Positions 9,627 to 19,990 of a DNA stretch of 48,901 bases are shown here, piece by piece. Every line of letters starts with the position of its first letter. Within the stretch, counting starts at the first letter, position 1. The translations under genes and the position numbers were made by a program. The notes beneath the pieces are model-generated. The model was not told where the DNA came from. It saw only the letters and a program-made list of their open reading frames with translations, and made no database searches. Source of the stretch: an uncultured Clostridia bacterium (GTDB lineage: Bacteria > Bacillota > Clostridia > TANB77 > CAG-508); NCBI GenBank assembly GCA_947625825.1, contig CANQPV010000002.1, positions 1 through 48,901 on the forward strand. Direction: 5' to 3'.

Positions 9627-10709
9627 TTATATTTTTTTTCTAAATACAGCACCTTTATTGTTTAAATCTGTATTAACAAAAATTTCCCCTTCTACGTTTT
9701 TGTTTTCATTCAAAATACTAATAATATATAGCATTTTTGTGCTTAAGTTAGTGTTATCTCCTATATATACAGTTTTCTTTTCTGATTTTAATTCTAATAT
9801 ATAATTTTGTTTATCTTGTATATTAATTTTTGTTATTAAGTTTTGTAATCCATTACTTTCTGCTGCTTTCATAATTTGTAGTGCTTGTCCTAATCTTTGA
9901 AGGTCTTCGCTACATAGCCTATTTCCTGCATGAAGGTCTTCCTCTTTTGTTAAAAAGCCGGTAATTATAGGTATATTAAGAGCTGTTTTTGAAACTTCTA
10001 GCATATATCCTTGGTTATTTAAATAAATATATGCATTTGCAAAAGAAAGCATAAAAGTTGGTTTTCTTTCTTCAACAATTATTTCTATTCCATTTGGTAA
10101 TTTTCTTTTTACAGATACTTTTTCTATGTAAGCATTTTGTTTAATATTTTGCTGAACTTTATTGCTTTGAACTTTAAAAGTATTTTCATTTAAATTTATG
10201 TTAGAAAGACTAATTATTTCTTCTTTTGTAATTCTTTCATTTCCAACTACGTTTATTGTAGTAATATTAAAAAATGGTGATAGTAGAAAATAAATTCCCC
10301 CTCCTATTAAAATAGCTACCAATGTAGTGTATTTAACAATTCTAAATGCGATTTTTCTTTTTTTTCTAGCTAGTTCTTGTTGTTTTATACTTTTCTTTTT
10401 ATTTTTTGGATTTTTCTTTTTTATTTCTTCATCTTCAATTCCTAATTTTAGTTCAAACTCTACTTCGTTTTCGTTAGACTTAGCTTTATTTTTTCGTTTA
10501 ACTTTAGGCTTTTGTATATTTTTGGTATTGTAATTTGCTTTTTGCTTTTTAACTTGTTCCTTTTTACTTCTACTTTTACCTTTACTTTTTTTAGGAGCTT
10601 CTACCTCAGGCAAAGTTTTAATGCCAATGATGATTTCTTTATCTAAATCTAAAGTTACTTCATCTTTGGTATTTCTTTTTTTATTGTTTTCCTTAGTTTT
10701 TTTAGCCAT
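9627..10709 (-). CDS. divIB: cell division protein DivIB/FtsQ with a long Lys-rich N-terminal tail
   Basis: Single TM segment followed by a POTRA-like region (ITTINVVGNERITKEEI). It lies upstream of the DUF881/sbp/ftsA genes. Confidence 0.75.
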   Translation of the reverse strand: MAKKTKENNKKRNTKDEVTLDLDKEIIIGIKTLPEVEAPKKSKGKSRSKKEQVKKQKANYNTKNIQKPKVKRKNKAKSNENEVEFELKLGIEDEEIKKKNPKNKKKSIKQQELARKKRKIAFRIVKYTTLVAILIGGGIYFLLSPFFNITTINVVGNERITKEEIISLSNINLNENTFKVQSNKVQQNIKQNAYIEKVSVKRKLPNGIEIIVEERKPTFMLSFANAYIYLNNQGYMLEVSKTALNIPIITGFLTKEEDLHAGNRLCSEDLQRLGQALQIMKAAESNGLQNLITKINIQDKQNYILELKSEKKTVYIGDNTNLSTKMLYIISILNENKNVEGEIFVNTDLNNKGAVFRKKI

Positions 10710-10711
10710 TT

Positions 10712-11980
10712 TTAATTCTCACTTTCTTTTAAAATAATTTTTGCTCCTAATTTATTTAACTTTTTATCTATGTTTTCATAACCTCTTAAAATATATTCTA
10801 TATTAGTTACAGTTGTTATCCCTTTAGCAACAAGTCCTGCTAGAACTAAACAGGCTCCTCCTCTTAAATCTGTACTTTTTACTTTAGCACCAGATAATTT
10901 TCTTGTTCCTTTTATTACAGCCGTTTTTCCTTCAATAGTAATTTTAGCACCCATTTTTTTTAGTTCTGGTACATAACGATATCTATTTTCAAATATATTT
11001 TCAACAATAACAGACGTTCCTTTTGCAGTACATAATGTACTTGCTAAAACAGATTGTAAATCTGTAGGAAAGCCTGGATAAGGCATTGTTTTAATATCTA
11101 CAGCTTTTAATTTTTTTGGTGCTTGCATAAATATTTTTTTATTTTCAATATTTATTTTGCAACCTGCTTCTTCTAATTTATTTATTAATGGTGTTATATG
11201 TTCAGGCGTTTTATAATTTAAACAAATATTTCCTCCCGTAATTGCTCCCGCACAAAGAAGAGTACCTGCTTCAATTCTGTCTTCCATTACAGTATAACTT
11301 ATATCTTTTAATTTTTGTATTCCTGTAATTTTAATAATATTTGTTCCTGCACCTTCTATTTTTGCACCCATTTTGTTTAAGCATTTAGCTAAATCTACAA
11401 TTTCAGGTTCCATTGCTGCATTTGTAATTTGTGTAGTTCCTTCTGCATAGATGCTTGCTAAGATAATATTTTCTGTTGCACCTACACTTGGAAAATCTAG
11501 ATTAATATTTGCCCCTATTATTTTATCACACTTACATGTAATAAATCCAGAGTCTTCTACAATATTTATTCCTAATTTTTGAAATGAACTTAAATGTAAG
11601 TCTATAGGTCTTGATCCAATATCACATCCACCTGGATATGAAAATTTTGCTTCTCTAAATCTTCCTATGATTGCTCCTGCTAAAATTACAGTAGAGCGCA
11701 TTTGGTTCATTAAGTGTTCTGGAATATCTTTTTTTATAATATTTTTACTATTTATTTCTATTTTACCACGACTCTTTTTTATCTTGCAACCTAAATATTT
11801 TAAAATTTCTAAAGTTATTTGTGTATCATGAATATTTGGAATATTATATAACTTAGTAATGCCTTTATTTAATATAGTTGCTGCAATTATTGGCAAAGAG
11901 GCATTTTTGGAACCAGATACTGTTACTTCCCCCTCTAATTTTTTGCCTCCTTCAATTATGTAACTAGACATTTTATTCAC
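10712..11980 (-). CDS. murA: UDP-N-acetylglucosamine 1-carboxyvinyltransferase MurA
   Basis: VSGSKNASLPI and the active-site segment GGCDIGSRPIDLHL are present. The protein is 422 aa. Confidence 0.93.
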   Translation of the reverse strand: MNKMSSYIIEGGKKLEGEVTVSGSKNASLPIIAATILNKGITKLYNIPNIHDTQITLEILKYLGCKIKKSRGKIEINSKNIIKKDIPEHLMNQMRSTVILAGAIIGRFREAKFSYPGGCDIGSRPIDLHLSSFQKLGINIVEDSGFITCKCDKIIGANINLDFPSVGATENIILASIYAEGTTQITNAAMEPEIVDLAKCLNKMGAKIEGAGTNIIKITGIQKLKDISYTVMEDRIEAGTLLCAGAITGGNICLNYKTPEHITPLINKLEEAGCKINIENKKIFMQAPKKLKAVDIKTMPYPGFPTDLQSVLASTLCTAKGTSVIVENIFENRYRYVPELKKMGAKITIEGKTAVIKGTRKLSGAKVKSTDLRGGACLVLAGLVAKGITTVTNIEYILRGYENIDKKLNKLGAKIILKESEN

Positions 11981-12080
11981 CCTTTCAATTTTATTTTTGC
12001 TATATATTATGTTTTCTTTCCATAAAAGGTGAATGTAAAGAAAGAGAATATCTTAATAAGATATTCTCTTTCTTTGGAAT

Positions 12081-12878
12081 TTAGCTTAATTGAGACATAT
12101 AATACATCATTTCAATCGGTAAGTAAAAAGTATACGTTTCCCATCTTTGTTCACTACCCTGTTTAATCGTTTCTTCTCCTGTTCTATTGTCTATAAGTTT
12201 TGTATACATATAATAGCTAATAATTTCCACATAAGGTGTTTGCCATTTTTCTATATATACTATTTGGGTATTTTTTACTAATGCTGTATCTACTATGTTT
12301 TCATTGTTTTTACCCATATATGAATATGAAACCATATCTAAAGGAGTGAAGTAGTCTAATATACCTTTTACTTTTGTATTTTTTAAATCCTCATATGCCG
12401 CATTTGTAGCTTCTTTTATCGACATTTCATCAAATTCTATCAAAACTCTTTCTTCAGTTTGTTCAACCACTTTTTCTGTAATTTCCTTTATATTCCGATC
12501 ATATTCTATTGTTGGAATAATGAAAGCAATTATTGAAATTATAAAGGTAAATGCATAAAGGGCTTTTAACAATATAGATTTAAAGTTATATAGCCCAAGA
12601 ACTAAATATGCCACTCGATATATAAGTATAGAAGTAATTGCTACAAGTAAAATTAACACTAATGTTGGAATATCCAGAAACAGTTTTAGAAACTCACTAA
12701 TTGGCATGCCTATCACAATAACAATGGATATTGTGATAAGAAGTTGTACCATTACCTCTGTGAATTCACTTACATTAGTCCACCTCTTTTTTTCATATAT
12801 CATTGTGACAGCTACTCTAGCTATAATAGCTATAGCAACTCCAATAAGCCAAATTTTCCAAAGTTCCATTTTTAACAC
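12081..12878 (-). CDS. hypothetical membrane protein (about 4 TM segments plus a soluble C-terminal half); contains an in-phase CGG at codon 128
   Basis: 265-aa ORF with no family I can recognise. The CGG at 12497-12495 is in phase. The zero frame stays open, whereas the +1 frame stops after two codons (GGA ATA TAA). Confidence 0.5.
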   Translation of the reverse strand: MLKMELWKIWLIGVAIAIIARVAVTMIYEKKRWTNVSEFTEVMVQLLITISIVIVIGMPISEFLKLFLDIPTLVLILLVAITSILIYRVAYLVLGLYNFKSILLKALYAFTFIISIIAFIIPTIEYDRNIKEITEKVVEQTEERVLIEFDEMSIKEATNAAYEDLKNTKVKGILDYFTPLDMVSYSYMGKNNENIVDTALVKNTQIVYIEKWQTPYVEIISYYMYTKLIDNRTGEETIKQGSEQRWETYTFYLPIEMMYYMSQLS

Positions 12879-13027
12879 TCCTTAAAAAAATATTTTTACT
12901 ATAGTTGTATATTATTAACCTAAAAAATAGGATTTTAAAAATTTATACGTTTATTTTACCATATTTTACTATTTTTTTCAAGTCTTTGTGCATATTATGT
13001 TAAGTTGTTTGATTCTATTATTTTTTA

Positions 13028-13894
13028 TTAATTTAGTAAGCTTTTTTTAATTTCTTCTATTTGCTCTATTGCTACTTTGTAACCTTCTTCATAAAAGGAA
13101 TTCATATTTTTTATATCAAATACTGCTGATGATGGAAGAATTATATCAAGAATATAGTTACTACTTTGTATTTTTGCTTCATCTCTATCATCAAATGCAA
13201 TATCTACACATCTAAATAATAAGTCTAATGCATGTTCTGGATTTTCTTCTTCTCTTGCTGGAAATCTTATCGTTAGAATTTTATCTACTCCAAGAAAAGG
13301 TAGTTCATCTGCTGGAATGTTATTAAGTATGCCTCCATCTACAAATTTATAATTTTCATATTCTAATGGAGCAAAAACGCCAGGATAACTACAGCTTGCT
13401 CTTACTGCCTTTCCTATTTCTATATTTGTAATATATTCTTTTTGTTTAAATAAATTTTTATCATATTGTTCTTTATTTATTTCTCTATTAGTAAATATAC
13501 ATTTTTTCTTAGTTATTATATCTACTGTAGTAATAGAAATTGGTACTTGAATATCTTTTATATACTTATATCCTTTTAATTTAGCACATTCATTAATAAT
13601 TTCTTCAATTTCTTCTCCTGAAATAACCCCTTGTCCTAGAATACTTTTTGTGTTTTTTAAATTTGAAAATAAATATCTAACATCTGCCTTTAAAATACTT
13701 TTTGAAAAATATTGAAATAATTTTAGCATTTCATCTGAGGTATATCCCATTGCATAAAGGGCAGCTATAATACTTCCAATACTAGCACCTGTTAAAGCTG
13801 ATATTTTAATATTATTTTTTTCTAGTACTTTTAGTGCACCTATATGGGCTGCACCTTTTGCTCCTCCACCTGATAAAGCAACACCAATATTCAT
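13028..13894 (-). CDS. patatin-like phospholipase
   Basis: The GGGAKGAAHIG oxyanion motif, the GASIGS (GxSxG) nucleophile and the DGG motif are present. Confidence 0.85.
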   Translation of the reverse strand: MNIGVALSGGGAKGAAHIGALKVLEKNNIKISALTGASIGSIIAALYAMGYTSDEMLKLFQYFSKSILKADVRYLFSNLKNTKSILGQGVISGEEIEEIINECAKLKGYKYIKDIQVPISITTVDIITKKKCIFTNREINKEQYDKNLFKQKEYITNIEIGKAVRASCSYPGVFAPLEYENYKFVDGGILNNIPADELPFLGVDKILTIRFPAREEENPEHALDLLFRCVDIAFDDRDEAKIQSSNYILDIILPSSAVFDIKNMNSFYEEGYKVAIEQIEEIKKSLLN

Positions 13895-13943
13895 ACTTTT
13901 TTATATGATATAGCTAAAATATATCATATTCTCCTTTCTTTCG

Positions 13944-15899
13944 TTATCTTTTTATTACTAATCTGTTAAATTTAGAATTTATATAGTTTTCTAATTTTCC
14001 CATAAATTCTTCCGGCTCTATTTCTTTTTTTGCTACCATTTCTAACCCCTTTTCCCAACTTGCTGTTAGTTTTGGGTTTAACATATCTGGCATAGAACTA
14101 TATACTATGTCATAAATTTTTTCTCCTTTAACTGTAGGAGTAATTATTTGAGTTTTTGAGTTAATTAAAATATACCCTATTCTTTCCAATTTTTTCATAA
14201 TTTCTGCTCTTGTTGCACTAGTTCCTATCCCTGCACCTTTTATTTGTTCTCTTAGTTCTTCTTCTTCAATTAACTTCCCTGCATTTTCCATAGCTAAAAT
14301 CATTGAACCAGAATTATACCTAGTAGGAGGAGTTGTTTCTGAAGTTTTTATTTCATAATTTATAACATTTATTTCTTCGCCTTTTTTAAGCTTTTCTAAT
14401 ATATCTAAGTTATTTTGTTCTGGCAATTCTTCTTCATTATTAGCATCTTCATTTGCATTACTTATTTTTGCTTGCTTTTCTTTATCACTTTTATTAATTT
14501 CTAAATATCCTAATTTTTCGCACACTTTTCCATTTGCAGAAAACTGTTCTTTTTCTACTTCAATTGTTGCAGAAATTTTATTATATTCTGCCGGTGGATA
14601 AAAAATACTTAAAAATCTTTTTACAATTACTTTATATATTTGCTTTTGCAAGTCCGGAAGATTGTTATAATTTTCAAAGCCTTGTCCTGTTGGAATAATA
14701 GCATAGTGATCTGTGATTTTACTATCATTTACATACTTTGTTTTAATCAAATTTGTAGAATATTTTTCTTCTATCATTTTATTAATATAACCTTGTATTT
14801 CTTCGTCTTTAAAGCCTTTTGCTAATCCATTTAAATTGTTAGATATTACCTTAGCAACTGCAGTAGATAACACTCTAGCATCTGTTCTTGGATAAGTTAC
14901 CAGCTTTTTTTCATATAAGTTTTGTATTATTTCCAATGTTTCATCTGGCTTTATTTTAAACCTTTTTGATGCTTCATTTTGAATTTCTGCTAAATTAAAT
15001 AAAAGTGGTGCATTTTCCTTTGTTTTTGTTTTTTTAATTTCTTTAATTATTGCTTTTTTATTTTTTAAATTAAATATAAAATCTTTTGCATCTTCTTCTT
15101 TTTTAAATCCCGCTTCATTATATAATTTTGGGGATTCATAAACGCAAGAATTTTCTGTTACTTTCCATTCTGCTTTAAATGAACTATTTTCTTTTCCAAA
15201 TTCTCCTATTATTTTATAATATGGTGTTTTAACAAAATTTCTTATTTCTCTTTCCCTTTGTACTACCATTCCAAGCACACATGTCATAACTCTACCAATT
15301 GAAATAGAAATTTTTTCTTCTCCTAAATCTTTTGCCATACGTTTTCCATAAATAATAGATAAAAGTCTAGAAAAATTAATTCCTATTAAGTAGTCTTCCT
15401 TTGCTCTTAAATACGCACTATTGCATAAGCTATCATATTCCTCTAGGTCTTTTGCCTCATTAATTCCTCTTTTTATTTCTTCTTCTGTTTGTGAATCTAT
15501 CCAAACTCTTTTTCTTTGTTTTCCTTTAAGCTGAATTTGATTTTCTACTAATCTATAAATATATTCTCCCTCTCTTCCAGAGTCTGTTGCAACATAAATA
15601 CAGCCTACATCTTCTCTTAGTAGTAGGCTTTTTACAATATTAAATTGTTTTTCTACATTTGGAATTATTTCATACTTATACTCTTTTGGCATAAAAGGAA
15701 GAGTATCTAGTCTCCAAAATTTTAAATTTTCATCATATTTTTCTGGATAGCTCATAGTTACTAGATGCCCTACACACCATGTAATAATCCAATTTTCTGA
15801 TTCTATATAGCCATCTTTTCTATTTTCCATGCATTTTAAAACTTTTGCAAATTCTAATGCTACAGATGGCTTTTCTGTAATAAGTAAGTTTTTTGACAT
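13944..15899 (-). CDS. topB: type IA DNA topoisomerase (topoisomerase III-like)
   Basis: A Toprim N-terminus (LLITEKPSVA, TDSGREGE) and the catalytic YPRTD segment are present. It lacks the topA-type C-terminal zinc ribbons. Confidence 0.85.
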   Translation of the reverse strand: MSKNLLITEKPSVALEFAKVLKCMENRKDGYIESENWIITWCVGHLVTMSYPEKYDENLKFWRLDTLPFMPKEYKYEIIPNVEKQFNIVKSLLLREDVGCIYVATDSGREGEYIYRLVENQIQLKGKQRKRVWIDSQTEEEIKRGINEAKDLEEYDSLCNSAYLRAKEDYLIGINFSRLLSIIYGKRMAKDLGEEKISISIGRVMTCVLGMVVQREREIRNFVKTPYYKIIGEFGKENSSFKAEWKVTENSCVYESPKLYNEAGFKKEEDAKDFIFNLKNKKAIIKEIKKTKTKENAPLLFNLAEIQNEASKRFKIKPDETLEIIQNLYEKKLVTYPRTDARVLSTAVAKVISNNLNGLAKGFKDEEIQGYINKMIEEKYSTNLIKTKYVNDSKITDHYAIIPTGQGFENYNNLPDLQKQIYKVIVKRFLSIFYPPAEYNKISATIEVEKEQFSANGKVCEKLGYLEINKSDKEKQAKISNANEDANNEEELPEQNNLDILEKLKKGEEINVINYEIKTSETTPPTRYNSGSMILAMENAGKLIEEEELREQIKGAGIGTSATRAEIMKKLERIGYILINSKTQIITPTVKGEKIYDIVYSSMPDMLNPKLTASWEKGLEMVAKKEIEPEEFMGKLENYINSKFNRLVIKR

Positions 15900-15908
15900 A
15901 GCTTTCCT

Positions 15909-16754
15909 CTATTCATACCAAATTATATCCATTTCTGATGTAAAATTTTGATTACCATATGCAAATATTATATATAAATTGCCATTTGGTCCTAAGAAAT
16001 ATGTAGATATATTTGATAGTAAATACATTGAACTTGTTAGATCTCTATTATATACTGTATAACCAGATTGTACTAGTGTTTGTGCTTGTTTTTGAGCATC
16101 TTGTATTGTACTATTTATTTTCTTTTGACAGTCGCTTTGAATAATATTTTTTTGTGATAACAATTTTGATGCTTCAACTTTTTCACCTGTAACCAAATCA
16201 TAATTATATGTTTGTACAATTACTCTTTGAGGATTATTTCCTTCTTTTAAAGTTGATTGAATAACTACAGACAATATGTCTCCATTAATAAAGCCCTCAT
16301 AACTTACACTATATATTGTTTTATTTGCTACTTCAGTATTAATAATTTCAGTTGCTTTATTTACAAAAATAGTTTGAGTAATATTGTTAAAGCTAGCAGG
16401 AACATCTCCTGTTATATTAATTGCAGGTAAGTTAATGTTAATTTCATAATTTTCCTTTTTTTGTTCAATGCTTGCAGCAGTATATACAATATTTTCATTT
16501 TCATTTATTTTCTCTATATTAGTAGTGTCGTAGTCTCCAAATTCAAATTGATTATTAAAAAGGCTAGAAAACTGTGCTTTAATTTCTTCTTGCGTTAGTT
16601 CTTTTACAGTGTTTTCGCCTTCATTATTTAAGGTTGGAACTATAATGCTTGGTTTGTCTTGTTCACTTACAAAAAATTCAGCATAAACTCCAGCAATAAT
16701 TGCAAATACGCAAAAAACTCCAATTAAAATATATATTGCTTTTGGACTTTTCAT
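15909..16754 (-). CDS. hypothetical membrane-anchored extracytoplasmic protein
   Basis: 281-aa ORF with one N-terminal TM segment. No confident family assignment. Confidence 0.45.
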   Translation of the reverse strand: MKSPKAIYILIGVFCVFAIIAGVYAEFFVSEQDKPSIIVPTLNNEGENTVKELTQEEIKAQFSSLFNNQFEFGDYDTTNIEKINENENIVYTAASIEQKKENYEININLPAINITGDVPASFNNITQTIFVNKATEIINTEVANKTIYSVSYEGFINGDILSVVIQSTLKEGNNPQRVIVQTYNYDLVTGEKVEASKLLSQKNIIQSDCQKKINSTIQDAQKQAQTLVQSGYTVYNRDLTSSMYLLSNISTYFLGPNGNLYIIFAYGNQNFTSEMDIIWYE

Positions 16755-16831
16755 TATAAAATCTCCTTTTTTAATCTACTTATTATTTTAACTTATTATT
16801 TGCTAAAAATCAAGCATCATAATTATATATA

Positions 16832-16860
16832 TTAGACCTGTCCCTAATTACCCAAAATAG
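16832..16860. repeat. single copy of the GACCTGTCCC-type repeat unit
   Basis: gacctgtccctaattacccaaaat (16835-16858) matches 20062-20085 (gacctgtccccaattactcaaaat) at 22 of 24 positions, in the same orientation. Confidence 0.7.
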
Positions 16861-16886
16861 TAAAAAGGGACTGACCCTTTTTACCA

Positions 16887-16915
16887 TTGACTTATTTAAT
16901 ATTTTGATGTATTAT
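16887..16915 (+). promoter_or_regulatory. putative sigma-A promoter of the clpE-like gene
   Basis: TTGACT (16887-16892), a 17-nt spacer and TATTAT (16910-16915), about 65 nt upstream of the start codon. A 10-bp hairpin at 16860-16884 precedes it. Confidence 0.5.
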
Positions 16916-16978
16916 ATATGGTATGAAAATAGCAAATTTAATATATTATTTATATAAGAATGGAGAATTTTAAGATTT

Positions 16979-19318
16979 ATGTTATGTTCAATATGTAATA
17001 AAAACACCGCTGTTATTTTTGTTAATAAACAAGATGAAAATGGCAAAACAAAGCTTGAAGGTTATTGTGCTAGTTGTGCTAAAGAACGTGGAATTAATCC
17101 ATTAGAAAATCTTATGAAACAAGGCAATTTAACAGAAGCAGATTTAAATAATATGACAAAACAAATAGAAAATATAGTAAGCAATATGGCTGAAAATATA
17201 GATATGGATAGTATATCTGAGCAAATGAATGATATGGATCCTGATGAATTAGATGAAATAGAAAAAAATGGAGGTATGCCAATTTCGTTTAGTGCTATCC
17301 CTATTGGCTCTATTTTTTCTAATATGTTAGGTGGAAATAGTAATTCAGATAATTCTTCAAGTGAGAAGAAAAAAGTAAAAATAGATAAAGAAAAGAAGAA
17401 AGATAAAAGAAGAAAAACTTTAGAAACTTATGGTACTAATTTAACTTTAAAAGCAAAAAATGGCATGCTAGATATGGTAATAGGCAGAGATAAAGAAATT
17501 CAAAGAATGATTCAAATTTTAAATAGGCGTTCTAAAAATAATCCATGTTTAATTGGTGAACCTGGTGTTGGTAAAACAGCAATTGCTCAAGGTTTAGCTA
17601 TTAAAATTGCTGAAGAGAAAGTACCTGCTAAATTACTAAACAAAGAAGTATATTTATTAGATATGACAGCTGTAGTTGCAGGAACTCAATTTAGAGGCCA
17701 ATTTGAAGCTAGAATGAAATCTATTATTGAGGAATGTAAATCTTTAGGTAATATTATTTTAGTAATTGATGAAATTCATAATATTATTGGTGCTGGTGAT
17801 GCTGAACATTCTATGAATGCAGCCAATATTTTAAAGCCATCTCTTTCTAATGGTGATATTCAATTAATTGGAACAACTACTTTAAAAGAATACAGAAAAT
17901 ATATTGAAAAAGATAGTGCTTTAGAAAGAAGATTTCAGCCAGTTATAGTAGAAGAACCATCTATAACAGATTCTATAGATATTTTAAATGGTGTTAAAAA
18001 ATATTATGAAGATTATCACAAAGTAAAAATTTCAACTGATGTAATTAAGCAAACTGTTATTATGTCTGAAAAATATATACATGATAGATTTTTGCCAGAT
18101 AAGGCAATTGATATTTTAGATGAAGCTTGCTCACGTATTAATTTAAATAATAAAGAATTATATCAATTAGAAGTATTAAAAAATGAATTAAAATCAGTTC
18201 AAGAAGAAAAGGAAGAAGCAGCACTTGCAGATTCTACTGAAGATTACAAAAAAGCTGCAGAGCTTAAAGCTAAAGAATGTAGCTTAATTGAGCAGATTGA
18301 TTCTTTAAATAAAAAAATGAGACTTAAAGATTTAACTGTACAAGATATTGCAGAAGTAATTGAAAGTTGGACTAAAATTCCAGTTAAGAAAATTACAGAA
18401 GCAGAAACACAAAAACTATTAAACTTAGAAAATAATTTGCATAAAAGAGTTATAGGTCAAAACGTAGCTGTTGAAGCAGTAGCAAGAGCAATTCGTCGTA
18501 ATAGAGCAGGTTTAAAAAGTACAAAAAGACCACCATCATTTATATTTGTAGGTCCTACTGGTGTTGGTAAAACAGAACTTGCTAAATCTCTTGCTTATGA
18601 AATGTTTGGAAATGAAAATTCTATTATTCGTGTAGATATGTCTGAATATATGGAAAGTCATTCTACTTCTAAATTAATAGGTTCACCTCCTGGCTATGTA
18701 GGTTATGATGATGCTGGTCAATTAACTGAAAAAGTAAAACGTAACCCTTATTCTATTGTTTTATTAGATGAAATTGAAAAGGCTCATCCTGATGTATTTA
18801 ACATTTTATTGCAAGTATTAGATGATGGCCGCTTAACAGATAGCCAAGGAAATACTGTTAGTTTTGAAAATACAATTTTAATTATGACATCTAATGCTGG
18901 TTCTAACTTAAATACTAATTCAATCGGTTTTGGTGGATCACGTATAGACCAAAATAAAATAATGGATAGTTTGAAAGAAACTTTTAGACCTGAGTTTTTA
19001 AATAGAATAGATGAAATTGTTATATTTGAACAATTAAAGCCAGATGAACTATTAAAAATAGTTGATTTGATGCTAGAAGATACTAAAAAAGCATTAGCTG
19101 ATAAAAATATTTATATGAATGTATCTGAGGATGCCAAAAAATTTTTGCTTGAAAAAGGAACTGATATTAAATATGGAGCAAGACCTCTAAGAAGAGCAAT
19201 TCAAAGATATTTAGAAGATTTACTTTCTGATATGATTTTAAGAGGAGATCTTAAAAATGGCCAAACAGTTAATGTTACACTTGAAGGCTCTAATTTAGAA
19301 TTAAATATAGAAAAATAA
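16979..19318 (+). CDS. clpE: Clp/Hsp100 AAA+ ATPase with two AAA modules and an N-terminal zinc ribbon (ClpE-like)
   Basis: N-terminal CSIC...CASC zinc ribbon in place of a Clp_N domain. Two Walker A motifs are present (GEPGVGKT, GPTGVGKT), with a coiled-coil middle region. Confidence 0.8.
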   Translation: MLCSICNKNTAVIFVNKQDENGKTKLEGYCASCAKERGINPLENLMKQGNLTEADLNNMTKQIENIVSNMAENIDMDSISEQMNDMDPDELDEIEKNGGMPISFSAIPIGSIFSNMLGGNSNSDNSSSEKKKVKIDKEKKKDKRRKTLETYGTNLTLKAKNGMLDMVIGRDKEIQRMIQILNRRSKNNPCLIGEPGVGKTAIAQGLAIKIAEEKVPAKLLNKEVYLLDMTAVVAGTQFRGQFEARMKSIIEECKSLGNIILVIDEIHNIIGAGDAEHSMNAANILKPSLSNGDIQLIGTTTLKEYRKYIEKDSALERRFQPVIVEEPSITDSIDILNGVKKYYEDYHKVKISTDVIKQTVIMSEKYIHDRFLPDKAIDILDEACSRINLNNKELYQLEVLKNELKSVQEEKEEAALADSTEDYKKAAELKAKECSLIEQIDSLNKKMRLKDLTVQDIAEVIESWTKIPVKKITEAETQKLLNLENNLHKRVIGQNVAVEAVARAIRRNRAGLKSTKRPPSFIFVGPTGVGKTELAKSLAYEMFGNENSIIRVDMSEYMESHSTSKLIGSPPGYVGYDDAGQLTEKVKRNPYSIVLLDEIEKAHPDVFNILLQVLDDGRLTDSQGNTVSFENTILIMTSNAGSNLNTNSIGFGGSRIDQNKIMDSLKETFRPEFLNRIDEIVIFEQLKPDELLKIVDLMLEDTKKALADKNIYMNVSEDAKKFLLEKGTDIKYGARPLRRAIQRYLEDLLSDMILRGDLKNGQTVNVTLEGSNLELNIEK

Positions 19319-19329
19319 GGAGATATTTT

Positions 19330-19920
19330 ATGGCAAAGCAAATACCAAATATACTAACAGTTGCAAGATTTTTCCTAATACCATTTATTATTTATTTTAT
19401 TTTAAAAGAACAATATATATTAGCATTTATATTTCTTATTATTTCTGGATTAACAGATGTATTAGATGGTTTTATTGCAAGGAAATTTAATTTTATTACT
19501 AACTTTGGAAAGTTAATTGACCCATTAGCTGATAAAACTACGCAAATAGCAGTTTTGCTTACACTTGCTTTTAAAGATATTATACCATTTTGGATTATTA
19601 TTGTAGTTGTTATTAAAGAAGCTGCTATGATTGCAGGAGCATCTTTTCTATATGGAAAAGAATTAGTAGTTTCTAGCAGATGGTTTGGAAAGTTAGCAAC
19701 AGTATTATTTTATGTGGCAATTGCTGCTTCATTTATAATTCATTATTGGAATAATATAGCGGCTGCTCCAGGAAATTCTGTAGCATTTCTTCCACAGTTT
19801 GATATATGGATATATTATTTAGCACTAGCTACCACAATTTTCTCTTTAATAATGTACTATATAACTTTTTATAAACAAGGTTATTTGAAAAAAGAAAATT
19901 TAAAAATTAATAATAATTAA
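19330..19920 (+). CDS. pgsA: CDP-diacylglycerol--glycerol-3-phosphate 3-phosphatidyltransferase
   Basis: CDP-alcohol phosphatidyltransferase motif DVLDGFIARKFNFITNFGKLIDPLADK in a polytopic membrane protein. Confidence 0.85.
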   Translation: MAKQIPNILTVARFFLIPFIIYFILKEQYILAFIFLIISGLTDVLDGFIARKFNFITNFGKLIDPLADKTTQIAVLLTLAFKDIIPFWIIIVVVIKEAAMIAGASFLYGKELVVSSRWFGKLATVLFYVAIAASFIIHYWNNIAAAPGNSVAFLPQFDIWIYYLALATTIFSLIMYYITFYKQGYLKKENLKINNN

Positions 19921-19923
19921 GGC

Positions 19924-19962
19924 AAAAACGATAAATTTTATAATAAAAATTTATCGTTTTTT
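19924..19962 (+). terminator. intrinsic terminator of pgsA
   Basis: aaaaacgataaattt/aaatttatcgttttt perfect stem followed by a T run. Confidence 0.75.
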
Positions 19963-19990
19963 AATATTTAAACATATTTAATTTTTATTT

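Noticed and set aside
13895-13943. An 8-codon mini-ORF (MIYFSYII) with a nearby GGAG between topB and patatin, plus an atatgatata/tatatcatat hairpin.
   Set aside because: The SD-ATG spacing is too short (about 3 nt) and the peptide is trivial. This is probably just a hairpin or terminator between the genes.
13028-15899. Patatin phospholipase next to topoisomerase III as a possible defence (CBASS-like effector) module.
   Set aside because: No cyclase, sensor, SMODS/SAVED, nuclease or other defence-associated partner is present. Both genes look like ordinary stand-alone housekeeping or accessory genes.
16860-16900. A possible CtsR operator (GGTCAAA-NAN-GGTCAAA) upstream of the clpE-like gene, for example GGTAAAAAGGGTCAGT on the minus strand.
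   Set aside because: The heptads are degenerate and the spacing is 2 rather than 3 nt, so I cannot support a CtsR box from sequence alone.
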